Shown: positions 6,892 through 14,977 of the stretch, one piece after another
How the letters are laid out: the number at the start of each line of letters is the position of its first letter
Position numbering within the stretch: the first letter of the stretch is position 1
From: a virus
Length of the DNA: 38,102 nt
Strand: one strand, 5' to 3'
IMG/VR virus record: IMGVR_UViG_2585428174_000001
Span: 1-38,102 of that record
The notes under the pieces: generated by a model
Databases searched by the model: none
What the model saw: the letters and a program-made list of their open reading frames with translations, nothing else
Told to the model about the DNA's origin: nothing
Program-made: the position numbers and the translations under genes

Positions 6892-9381
6892 TTATATCGG
6901 CAATAATACCTTGCCTGTTTTCTTTTCTAATTTTCTAAAGCTTTTTATTATAACATCACCCATTTTATTAGAATCCATGTATAGCTCTACAGTCAAATCT
7001 CCACCGCTATTGTTGCTATTCCCTTGCCCTTCCATTTTGGAGAAGAAAGCACCTAATGCTTGTGTCATTACCTCCATCATTTTTCCTTCTGGTGCAACTA
7101 TTTCACCTTGGGTTTTGTTATCTCCAATCATGGCAAGTTGCGGTTGATTAGCTTTAACATAACCGCCTGTTGCAAGTTTAGGAATATTTACTTTAGCCAT
7201 TTCACTTAAATTAAAACCAAACTTTTTACCACCTATAACTGGTATCCATTCAGGTACATTAAAACTCAACTTATTTAATGCCCTTATCATTAAGTTAATA
7301 CCACTTATTACTCCATTAACCATAATATTAATGCCACCAATTATAGAGTTTACTACTCCTTTAACTATGTTCCATATGCCACTGAAAACACTGCTAAACA
7401 CAAATTTAACAGCATTTAATCCAGTGGTGACTACTGTTTTTACTATATTTATTGCACCGCTTATAGTATTTTTAATACCGTTCCATGCACTACTCGTAAC
7501 AGTACTTATGCCATTCCATATACCGCAAATTACAGATTTTATAGTATTAAATACTGTTGAGGTAATATTTTTAATAGCATTCCATACTGCTATTATTACA
7601 TTTTTAATAGTATTAACTATTGCGCTTATTGTGTTTTTGATTCCTTCCCACACAGCTCCAGCTATAACCTTTACTTCATCCCAATGTTTAACAAGAAGCA
7701 CACCAATTGCAATCACTGCACCTATTGCTAAAGTCACAAGTCCAATAGGGCTTGTGAGGAATGCTACTGCTGCTCCAAAGGCTGTTGTAACTCCTGTTGC
7801 TATGCCACATATTAAATTCCAACCACCTATTACTAACTTAACTATACCTAGAGCCACTCCAAAGCTTTCTATTGCCAGAGTTATAGCATCAACTATTGTA
7901 GTATTTTCACTCATCCAATTTCCAATGCTAGTCAATGCATCAGCAATCCAATTAAGCACATCCACAATTATGCCACCTGTCCAACTAGCAATAGGTCCTA
8001 AAAAGTTATCCCATAATAAATCTGCAGACCTTAAAAAAGATTCTAATATAGGATTAAGGAAATCCATAGCTCCAGCTAGTAAATTAAAAAAAGCTGGTAA
8101 GGCATCTTCTATAGTCCATTTTGCTAAAGGCCCTAGTATATCAGTTAAAAACCATTTTAAAGCCTGCCCTATTGTATTTACTATTGGTTCCACAGATTTC
8201 TTAAGTCTATCAAAGCTATTAACTAGAGGAGCAAAATCAATAGATTTAAACCATTTTTGCAACTCTCCCATGAATCCACCCATAACACCATCCATAGAAG
8301 ATGTGTCTAGCTTAGGAACTACATTAACTGGTATATCTGTTATGCCTCCACCTACAGCACCGCCTCCAATGTCTCCACTGCTATCATCTGTAGTGGGCTT
8401 AGTTATAGTGTTTATCTCATCAAAGCCCATTAGAGCCTTTTGAAGTTGCTTTGCTTTCTTAGCTGCTTTCCCTGTAGACTTAGCAATGTTATCTGTTGCC
8501 CCGCTTGCACTAGTTGCTGCACTAGCTACTTGTTGCATGCTCGTAGCTGGGTTGTCTGCTTTCTTACCTGTTATACCTTCTACGAAGCTTTTAAATACAT
8601 TAGCTAGTTGTATTAGCTTGCCCATGATGGTGTTTATAACTTTAACTACTGGAGTTAATATTGCTATAAATCCTTGTCCTAAGCTCGCTTTTAAGCTATC
8701 AAATTGTAGCTTCAGTATTCTAGTTTGATTCGCCCAACTATCGCTTGTCCTAGAGAAATCTCCACTAGCTAATGCTAATTGTTGTTGAACAAAAGCAAAT
8801 CTCAAAGCGACCTTTTCTTGCTCCGTCATATCCTTGGTAACTTTATTAAATCCGTTACTTAAAGCAAATTGATCTAGTGCTGTTTGTGTCATAACTACAC
8901 CTAAATCTTTTAAACTTTCAGTCTCACCTGTAAATACAGATTTAAGTTTTGTATACGCTTCGTCTTGACTTGTATTGTAAAAAGAAGCCACATCTCCACT
9001 AAGTCCTGTTAATGCCGTAGACATATCATAGGCGGCCTTTTCATTGAATCCAAATGCTTTAGACATAGCTCCAAAGGTACCAACATATTTTTTAGTCATA
9101 GTTTCAGATAAACCAAAATTCATTGCCGCACCTTTAGCAAAATCATCTACTTGTTTAGTCATACTACTAAATGTAACATCAACTACATTCTGTACTTCTG
9201 CTAAGTCAGAGCCTAAGTCTAAGCATTGCTTTCCAAAGTTAATTAAACCTTTAATAGCAAACACTCCAGCCAATGTTCCAGCTGCTTTCTTTGCAAGGCT
9301 TGTAATGCTATTCATCTGTTTGTCAAAACCATTACGATTAACAACAAGATCTAACCCTATTTGACCTACACTTTCAGCCAT
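6892..9381 (-). CDS. Tail tape measure protein
   Basis: 829 aa, helical, with a hydrophobic Gly/Ala-rich core and periodic W-N-x-I-K-N repeats. It follows the chaperone pair. Confidence 0.9.
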   Translation of the reverse strand: MAESVGQIGLDLVVNRNGFDKQMNSITSLAKKAAGTLAGVFAIKGLINFGKQCLDLGSDLAEVQNVVDVTFSSMTKQVDDFAKGAAMNFGLSETMTKKYVGTFGAMSKAFGFNEKAAYDMSTALTGLSGDVASFYNTSQDEAYTKLKSVFTGETESLKDLGVVMTQTALDQFALSNGFNKVTKDMTEQEKVALRFAFVQQQLALASGDFSRTSDSWANQTRILKLQFDSLKASLGQGFIAILTPVVKVINTIMGKLIQLANVFKSFVEGITGKKADNPATSMQQVASAATSASGATDNIAKSTGKAAKKAKQLQKALMGFDEINTITKPTTDDSSGDIGGGAVGGGITDIPVNVVPKLDTSSMDGVMGGFMGELQKWFKSIDFAPLVNSFDRLKKSVEPIVNTIGQALKWFLTDILGPLAKWTIEDALPAFFNLLAGAMDFLNPILESFLRSADLLWDNFLGPIASWTGGIIVDVLNWIADALTSIGNWMSENTTIVDAITLAIESFGVALGIVKLVIGGWNLICGIATGVTTAFGAAVAFLTSPIGLVTLAIGAVIAIGVLLVKHWDEVKVIAGAVWEGIKNTISAIVNTIKNVIIAVWNAIKNITSTVFNTIKSVICGIWNGISTVTSSAWNGIKNTISGAINIVKTVVTTGLNAVKFVFSSVFSGIWNIVKGVVNSIIGGINIMVNGVISGINLMIRALNKLSFNVPEWIPVIGGKKFGFNLSEMAKVNIPKLATGGYVKANQPQLAMIGDNKTQGEIVAPEGKMMEVMTQALGAFFSKMEGQGNSNNSGGDLTVELYMDSNKMGDVIIKSFRKLEKKTGKVLLPI

Positions 9382-9399
9382 ATTCTACCTCCTTTCTTC

Positions 9400-9434
9400 A
9401 AAAATAAAAGCACCTAGAAATTAATCTAAGTGCT
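9400..9434 (-). terminator. Terminator-like hairpin between the chaperone genes and the tape measure gene
   Basis: A 9-bp stem (9409-9417 with 9426-9434) and an 8-nt loop. On the minus strand it is followed by UUUAUUUUU. Confidence 0.4.
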
Positions 9435-9791
9435 CATTGTTCTAAACATATTTTCAAAGTTTTTCATTGCTTGATCATAGTCTTTACTATTAATATTTTC
9501 AATGTTTCTTTTTCTCCATTTATTTCTTATCTGTTTTTGTTCTGATGTGAACTCCTTAATTATTTTAGGGTCCTTTTCTGCTCTTATGCTTACTATTTTA
9601 CCTAGTGCAGTCTTTTCATTTATTCCAGATAATAAAGTACAAAACTCACCCCAAGACATATCATTTTCACGTCTTAATCTTATGCCATATTGTTCAGCAA
9701 AAGAAGATTCTATTAGGTCATAATCCTCTATAATGTCATACCACTCTTCACTATTTTGTTGCATTTTGAAATCGACGCTCTGCCTCTTCAT
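9426..9791 (-). CDS. Tail assembly chaperone, downstream frame (Gp15-like), probably made as a frameshift extension
   Basis: Overlaps the upstream chaperone ORF by 41 nt in the +1 frame. There is no SD before its ATG. Motif EWYDII.DYDL...F..QYGIRL. Confidence 0.6.
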   Translation of the reverse strand: MKRQSVDFKMQQNSEEWYDIIEDYDLIESSFAEQYGIRLRRENDMSWGEFCTLLSGINEKTALGKIVSIRAEKDPKIIKEFTSEQKQIRNKWRKRNIENINSKDYDQAMKNFENMFRTMST

Positions 9792-10062
9792 ATGTTATAT
9801 CTGATACTCCAGCCATCATTCCAGTAAATATCACTTTGTAATCACTTAGAGATAAATTCATTCCCTCAATTTCCTTAAAAGCTTTTTCGCCCAAAATCAT
9901 TCTTATAGCATTATCCATCATTTCAATATCATTAACGTTACCATGAAAAAGTTGATTTACTTTTAACATTGTATTTTTAGAGTTGTCTATTTCATATTCT
10001 TTCCCTTCAGCTATTTTAATAATTGGTTTTGTGTCTGTTAACTTGCTAGTAATATCTATCAT
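9751..10062 (-). CDS. Tail assembly chaperone (gpG-like)
   Basis: Located between the major tail and tape measure genes. The start is taken at the ATG at 10062, after GAAAGGTGGA. The longer ORF-track start overlaps the neighbouring gene. Confidence 0.6.
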   Translation of the reverse strand: MIDITSKLTDTKPIIKIAEGKEYEIDNSKNTMLKVNQLFHGNVNDIEMMDNAIRMILGEKAFKEIEGMNLSLSDYKVIFTGMMAGVSDITYEEAERRFQNATK

Positions 10063-10081
10063 TATTATTCCACCTTTCATA

Positions 10082-10110
10082 TTAAAAAAGCACCCTATTT
10101 CTAGGATGCT
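10082..10110 (-). terminator. Intrinsic terminator of the tail-module moron
   Basis: On the minus strand, a 9-bp stem AGCAUCCUA/UAGGGUGCU with a GAAA loop is followed by UUUUUUAAU. Confidence 0.7.
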
Positions 10111-10606
10111 ACTTCTTACCTGCTTTCCATTTGTGTCCACACTTTAAACAAGTTACTTCTATTTTGTTTTTACCCATTGCTCCTGTTACCAACCCTAAAC
10201 CTGGTGTAATAGCAGCTCCCAAAATACCTTTCCCTAAGCTAAAGCCTTTCTTATTAGCTGTTATTTGTGTAGAGCCACATTTAGGACAATGTATCTTATC
10301 ATCATCCTCTTTAACATCTATTATAGTTATGTTCCTATTATTGAAGTAATTCAATATTTCTTCTAGCTTGTCATTATCTTTTTTATATATGATAATACTG
10401 TTTTTATCCAAAGTTGCTGTATTCAAATCTTTTACGTCTCTACCACTTGTGAAGGTACAGAAAGTTATAAAACCTTGTTTAGTAGCAGTTGGAGCTTGAT
10501 ATTTTATTTCTGTTATATTATCAACGTCAATATTAAGCTTTCCAATCATAATTTCATTATCTGCTATTATAGCTTTTTTAAATAAATACTTTAATTCAAT
10601 GTACAT
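10109..10606 (-). CDS. Moron protein: N-terminal beta-rich domain plus a C-terminal zinc ribbon split by a Gly-zipper hydrophobic segment
   Basis: CPKC...GKGILGAAITPGLGLVTGAMG...CLKC. ATG at 10606 follows AAAGGGGTG. The gene has its own promoter and terminator. Confidence 0.7.
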   Translation of the reverse strand: MYIELKYLFKKAIIADNEIMIGKLNIDVDNITEIKYQAPTATKQGFITFCTFTSGRDVKDLNTATLDKNSIIIYKKDNDKLEEILNYFNNRNITIIDVKEDDDKIHCPKCGSTQITANKKGFSLGKGILGAAITPGLGLVTGAMGKNKIEVTCLKCGHKWKAGKK

Positions 10607-10638
10607 GATCCACACCCCTTTTAGATACTCTTTTATAT

Positions 10639-10667
10639 ATTATATCACTTTAAGTATGTATCATGAA
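10639..10667 (-). promoter_or_regulatory. Candidate promoter of the moron (TTCATG-N17-TGaTATAAT)
   Basis: On the minus strand, the -35 is at 10662-10667 and an extended -10 at 10639-10644. Confidence 0.5.
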
Positions 10668-10674
10668 CATTATT

Positions 10675-11124
10675 TTAAACCCCTGGTGTAACTGTAGGCT
10701 TTCCATCACTCATAACTTCAAATTCTAATCCTTCTACGTTTGTTGAGTCTCCCCCAGCACTAGAAATATTAACTATACAATTAAAAGTTACTTTTGTGCC
10801 TGTTGGGAACTCCCACTCAAACTTTGTAGATAAATCTCTTCCTGTTTTAAACATCAACCCAGCTACATAATCATTTCCAGCATCACCTACACACCTTTTT
10901 CCACTTAATGAAATACTGAATCCTTTACCTGTTGCAAGCCTAGAAATCCATCCCTCAGCTGTCATTGGTGTCCACTCTTCAACGTTTGTATCAATACTAA
11001 CACTAAATGTCTCTAGTTCTGCAATAGTTACCATATCTGTAGGTTCAACACTTGCTAATCCTTTTGTGCCTATTTTAAACTTATTATTAAACACTGGATA
11101 AACTCCAGTTGTTATAGTTGCCAT
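10675..11124 (-). CDS. Major tail protein
   Basis: 149 aa, in the conserved position after the tail terminator gene and before the chaperones. Confidence 0.7.
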   Translation of the reverse strand: MATITTGVYPVFNNKFKIGTKGLASVEPTDMVTIAELETFSVSIDTNVEEWTPMTAEGWISRLATGKGFSISLSGKRCVGDAGNDYVAGLMFKTGRDLSTKFEWEFPTGTKVTFNCIVNISSAGGDSTNVEGLEFEVMSDGKPTVTPGV

Positions 11125-11531
11125 TATTCATTGCTCCTTTCATAGTAACATTTAAGCTCGATAACCCTCTCATAGATATTTTTTTCATCTGTTCCGACAT
11201 CTATAGGTTCATTATTTAAAAGCTCAATATAGTTAATTCTATGGCCATTAATAACCACAGAATTCTGTTTCAAAATCTCTTCATACAGTTCATAACTGAA
11301 TTCTTCCGTTTCTCTTGCATTTGTATTCCAATGTATAAGAATAGAAATCCCTTTAACCTCATATGTGGTATTTTCTAAGCCTCCTAGTGCTATTCTTGGA
11401 GGACTTGTATTCTTTAATTGATAAACCCCTATAGACTTATCTTTCTTGTTATCTAGCTTGCCAATGTAGTAATTATCAGCCTTATTATTAAGGGTTTTAA
11501 GCCAATCACGTATATTTGATAGTCCTAACAA
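11124..11531 (-). CDS. Tail terminator / tail completion protein (SPP1 gp17-like position)
   Basis: Synteny only. Confidence 0.45.
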   Translation of the reverse strand: MLGLSNIRDWLKTLNNKADNYYIGKLDNKKDKSIGVYQLKNTSPPRIALGGLENTTYEVKGISILIHWNTNARETEEFSYELYEEILKQNSVVINGHRINYIELLNNEPIDVGTDEKNIYERVIELKCYYERSNE

Positions 11532-11909
11532 TTAAACACCTCCAATTCGCTTGTAGAATGCTTTAAATGCTTTCTTGCAAAAGTCTTTTTTATTTCCATC
11601 AATCCAATCTTGATACCATTTCCCTTTTGCATTAGGATTTTCTTCAGTGCTAAAATTGTACTCTGGATGATAATATAATCTTCTTGCATAAGGTGTGGAG
11701 CTTACTAAAGTTACTTTACATTTATTGCTTTCAGTATAATCTACAAAAGTACTTTCATTCTGTAGATTACCACTTTTAAATGGTATTACTTGCGCTTGGA
11801 GTACATCTGTATGCAATGCCTCACCCGTCATTTCTAAGGCCTGCGTTTGTGCATGTGTAAGTTGTTTAATTCTGATTTTATTTATTGTTATTTTACTATT
11901 TACATGCAT
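11532..11909 (-). CDS. HK97 gp10-family head-tail joining protein
   Basis: Synteny, plus an N-terminal pattern LEMTGEALHTDV..AQVIPFKSGNLQNS typical of the family. Confidence 0.5.
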   Translation of the reverse strand: MHVNSKITINKIRIKQLTHAQTQALEMTGEALHTDVLQAQVIPFKSGNLQNESTFVDYTESNKCKVTLVSSTPYARRLYYHPEYNFSTEENPNAKGKWYQDWIDGNKKDFCKKAFKAFYKRIGGV

Positions 11910-12247
11910 TAAACCAACTCCAGTCTTGTATAGTTTACAGTGCCATCTGGGTTACGTGCTTTTTCACCTCTGTAAATGTTTCTATTAACTCCATTAACAA
12001 TTACAGTACCATTGCTTAATGTAGGTAATGAAGAGGCTATATCACCAGGAATTAAGGCAGTTCCTTCTATTTGTATAAGCTGTTGTTCTGCAGTTAAAAC
12101 CTTCTTAGCTTTATCTTGATAATTACATAGGGTGGATATACTAAGTGCCTCTAATGGCCCACCATCTTCACTTAACCCATCTTGATATATCTTTATCTGT
12201 ATTGGAGTTTTACAAAATTTCTTAGGTACTAAACAAGGAAATTTCAC
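11909..12247 (-). CDS. Head closure / stopper protein (SPP1 gp16-like position)
   Basis: Synteny. Its start overlaps the neighbouring stop codon. Confidence 0.45.
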   Translation of the reverse strand: MKFPCLVPKKFCKTPIQIKIYQDGLSEDGGPLEALSISTLCNYQDKAKKVLTAEQQLIQIEGTALIPGDIASSLPTLSNGTVIVNGVNRNIYRGEKARNPDGTVNYTRLELV

Positions 12248-12248
12248 T

Positions 12249-12623
12249 TTACCACCTCACATTTCTACAAGTTAATCCTGTCTGTGCTAGTGTCTCATAC
12301 AGTTCTGTCGGAATTGCTACACCTTTCATAAGTTTCACATTCCACGTATCACCAAAGTTCATAGATACACCGTTTATACTGTAACTAGATAACACATTTT
12401 CAATAAGTTCAGCATTCTCATATTCAAAGTTGGCTAACTCACAATTAACCTCTTTGATAATTTCTTGTTGAAAAGGAGTAAGGTTATCAAACCCCACTCC
12501 TCTAATTCTTCCATAAGTTAAACTGTCAATGTGTCTACTTGCTTTATTTAATGCTCTGTTTAAATCTTTATCTGGAATATCACTATAATTAGCCTTGTAT
12601 TCCTCTAAAGTTATATAAGCCAT
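12249..12623 (-). CDS. Head-tail connector/adaptor (gp6/gp15-like)
   Basis: Synteny after the capsid gene, with a typical N-terminus ITLEEYKANY... Confidence 0.55.
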   Translation of the reverse strand: MAYITLEEYKANYSDIPDKDLNRALNKASRHIDSLTYGRIRGVGFDNLTPFQQEIIKEVNCELANFEYENAELIENVLSSYSINGVSMNFGDTWNVKLMKGVAIPTELYETLAQTGLTCRNVRW

Positions 12624-12631
12624 AGTAACAC

Positions 12632-12928
12632 CTACTCTCCATATTCTACATCTTTTATTTTCTTAAGAATGCCTTCTTGGCTAGTAGATTTACCTAGATC
12701 TATTCCTCTTTCTTCTGCATATGTTTTTAACTCTTCAATTGTCATTTTATCAATAGCTGTCTCTTCTTCAACAATTTCTTCTTCAGCTTTTTCTTCTTCA
12801 ACTTCATATCCATGTTTCTTGAACCAATCAACAAGAGTAGGGTTTTCTGTTTCTGCGATACCATTACAAAAAGCCACACTAGCACTAATACCAGTATAGC
12901 TTTTGTTTGGTGCTATTATTTTAGCCAT
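12632..12928 (-). CDS. Hypothetical head-associated protein with an acidic linker and a C-terminal Rho_N/SAP-like motif
   Basis: MTIEELKTYAEERGIDLGKSTS... motif, located directly after the capsid gene. Confidence 0.4.
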   Translation of the reverse strand: MAKIIAPNKSYTGISASVAFCNGIAETENPTLVDWFKKHGYEVEEEKAEEEIVEEETAIDKMTIEELKTYAEERGIDLGKSTSQEGILKKIKDVEYGE

Positions 12929-12938
12929 AATGTCCCTC

Positions 12939-13904
12939 CTATTTTACCTTTATATTTCTAAATACTGCAGCCGCTTTACTTGCCTTTAATGCTAATGCTG
13001 CTATCATTTCTACTTCACCATTCTTTACTGCCCCGCTAGTTGAAAAGTCTGGCAACCATGTCTTTATTGGTGCTTGCCCCGCCATAGATACAGCGTGCAA
13101 CCCATCAAGGCCTAATCTAGCAACATAAAGAGAAGTTGCCCCCGAAGTGCCATCTGTTTTAACAACATCTTCATTACTTCCAGCCTTAGTTCCTAAATCC
13201 ACGAATGGAATAGTTCCGTAGCTTTCCACTTGCTGTCCAAAGTCATTTTTAGTTGTTTGGTACATGCTTGCCCTTCTTGCACATGCCCTCAATTTAGCTA
13301 TAAGTTTAGAGTTACCAGCTATAAAAGTAGGAGTACCATCTAAGCCGGTCATAAATTCATCTAGCATATCTAAAAATGCCATGTAGTTAGACGTAATTGC
13401 CGCACTTGTAGATAAATCTATAACTACCTTATCAGCACCATTGTTATATTCTGTTGATGATCCTGTTAATGCTTTTTCAAGTCCATCAAATGCTTGTGCA
13501 TCTACTGCACTGTCACCATTGATGAAAGTATCATTAAATAGTGCCTTTGCTGCTTTAATCTTCTGTGCCTGCTGTAATTCTACCTCTGATACAATTCCGC
13601 CCATATTGGCAATAACCCTATCAATCTGATAGCTACCACCAAATACCTTAAGAGTAGTATGGAATTGCTCTTTAGTAACTTCTCCTGGTGTGTATTCTTT
13701 GTTAATCTCTCTGAATCCAGCTGTTGGTTGTGTTTTTAATCTAGTATAGGAGTATGTCATTGTTGCTCCTCCACCTACTGGGGACACAACATCATCAAAT
13801 GTTAGATTGTCTAGTAAAAAACTAGACTTTCTAAATTCATCAATAACCCCTATTTGTAAATCATCCTGTACGTTTTTACTTGCCTCTGCTAATGTAACTG
13901 CCAT
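12939..13904 (-). CDS. Major capsid protein
   Basis: 321 aa, immediately downstream of the scaffold gene. Called by position and size. Confidence 0.75.
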   Translation of the reverse strand: MAVTLAEASKNVQDDLQIGVIDEFRKSSFLLDNLTFDDVVSPVGGGATMTYSYTRLKTQPTAGFREINKEYTPGEVTKEQFHTTLKVFGGSYQIDRVIANMGGIVSEVELQQAQKIKAAKALFNDTFINGDSAVDAQAFDGLEKALTGSSTEYNNGADKVVIDLSTSAAITSNYMAFLDMLDEFMTGLDGTPTFIAGNSKLIAKLRACARRASMYQTTKNDFGQQVESYGTIPFVDLGTKAGSNEDVVKTDGTSGATSLYVARLGLDGLHAVSMAGQAPIKTWLPDFSTSGAVKNGEVEMIAALALKASKAAAVFRNIKVK

Positions 13905-13921
13905 ATTATATCACCTTTCCT

Positions 13922-14506
13922 TTATTGGTTTATTTGTCCTTGAAGTTTAGCTGCTATTGCGTCTTTCATACTTACATTTGTTCCTTGTGGCTTAGGATTT
14001 CCACCATCTGCACCAACTTTAAATCCCGGTTGTGGTGTTGGTTCTGGACTATTTTCAGGTTTAAATAAAAAGCCTTTGCTCTCCTTTAAACTTTTAAGTT
14101 GTTCATCTAAGCCTGTTATCTTGCCATCATCATTTAGTATTAACTTAGACTTATCAAACAAGTCAGCAACTAAATCTGTATCCATAGCCTTATCTGCAAT
14201 AGCCATCTTAATAGCATTGCTTACTTGTAAATCCTTAAGCTTTGCTTGGTACTCTATGTCCTTAGCCTTGTTGTCCTCTTGTAATGTCTCTATCTGCTTT
14301 TTAAGAGCCTCACCGTCAACCTTTTTAAGGTCTTCTAATTGAGTGTTTCTTTCAGCAATAGTCTTCTCTAATTCTTTTTTACTGTTGTTGACTTCATCAA
14401 ATCGTGTCTTAGGAATATAAGTTTCTAATTCTTTCTTACTCTCCGCCTCTGCTTTTGTTGCTAAATCTTCTGTAAGTCCTAATGCTATAAATTGTTGTTT
14501 ATTCAT
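13922..14506 (-). CDS. Capsid scaffolding protein (GP20-like)
   Basis: Highly charged coiled-coil protein upstream of the capsid gene. ATG at 14506 follows AAAGGA; the ORF track starts 9 nt earlier. Confidence 0.7.
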   Translation of the reverse strand: MNKQQFIALGLTEDLATKAEAESKKELETYIPKTRFDEVNNSKKELEKTIAERNTQLEDLKKVDGEALKKQIETLQEDNKAKDIEYQAKLKDLQVSNAIKMAIADKAMDTDLVADLFDKSKLILNDDGKITGLDEQLKSLKESKGFLFKPENSPEPTPQPGFKVGADGGNPKPQGTNVSMKDAIAAKLQGQINQ

Positions 14507-14630
14507 ATTTACCATCCTTTCAAATTCATTTTTTAGCCCGGTTCAGTCCGGTACCATTTGTCTTATTAGTTAACGCCCATAATACCAAAATGGCGAAAAT
14601 AAAAAGCCTTATTTAATAAGACTTTCTTTT

Positions 14631-14780
14631 TTAAACAATACATATTAAAATTCCTAATAGTAAATTATATATAGCATTTGTAATATTCCCCTTATTCTTT
14701 TCTCTTGATGCTTCAATCAATGCGTATATTACGTACATTCTTGTGATAATGAGGTATGTAATCTTAATCACCATGTACAC
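14631..14780 (-). CDS. Small hydrophobic protein (49 aa, below ORF-track cutoff)
   Basis: AAGGAGG lies 5 nt before the GTG at 14780. There are two hydrophobic segments, and a hairpin plus U-run follows the stop codon. Confidence 0.45.
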   Translation of the reverse strand: MYMVIKITYLIITRMYVIYALIEASREKNKGNITNAIYNLLLGILICIV

Positions 14781-14826
14781 TTAAACCTCCTTTCTTAATT
14801 TTGAGCATAATAAAAGCACCTACTTT

Positions 14827-14973
14827 TTATTTAGTAAGTGCTTTATACTCTTGTACTATCTCTCCGCATTTTAATGAACTCATAAACTGTTCATATTCTT
14901 CCTTTACCCACTGTGGAGAATTCTCTTTAATTTTAAGACCATCATCATCATAATAATAATAATCCGTATCCAT
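14827..14973 (-). CDS. Small acidic protein (48 aa) directly downstream of the MuF-metallopeptidase gene
   Basis: ATG at 14973 lies 2 nt downstream of the MuF stop codon (14978-14980). The sequence begins MDTDYYYYDDDG... A terminator hairpin overlaps its 3' end. Confidence 0.45.
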   Translation of the reverse strand: MDTDYYYYDDDGLKIKENSPQWVKEEYEQFMSSLKCGEIVQEYKALTK

Positions 14974-14977
14974 AAAT

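Noticed and set aside
7331-8443. 370-aa + strand ORF inside the tape measure gene
   Set aside because: It is antisense to a well-supported 829-aa TMP gene. Its low-complexity hydrophobic translation mirrors the periodic repeats of the TMP, and it has no SD or genomic logic. I treat it as a shadow ORF.
10063-10140. Longer N-terminal version of the first chaperone ORF (start at 10140)
   Set aside because: It would overlap the moron gene and run through its terminator hairpin. The ATG at 10062 has a proper SD (GAAAGGTGGA).
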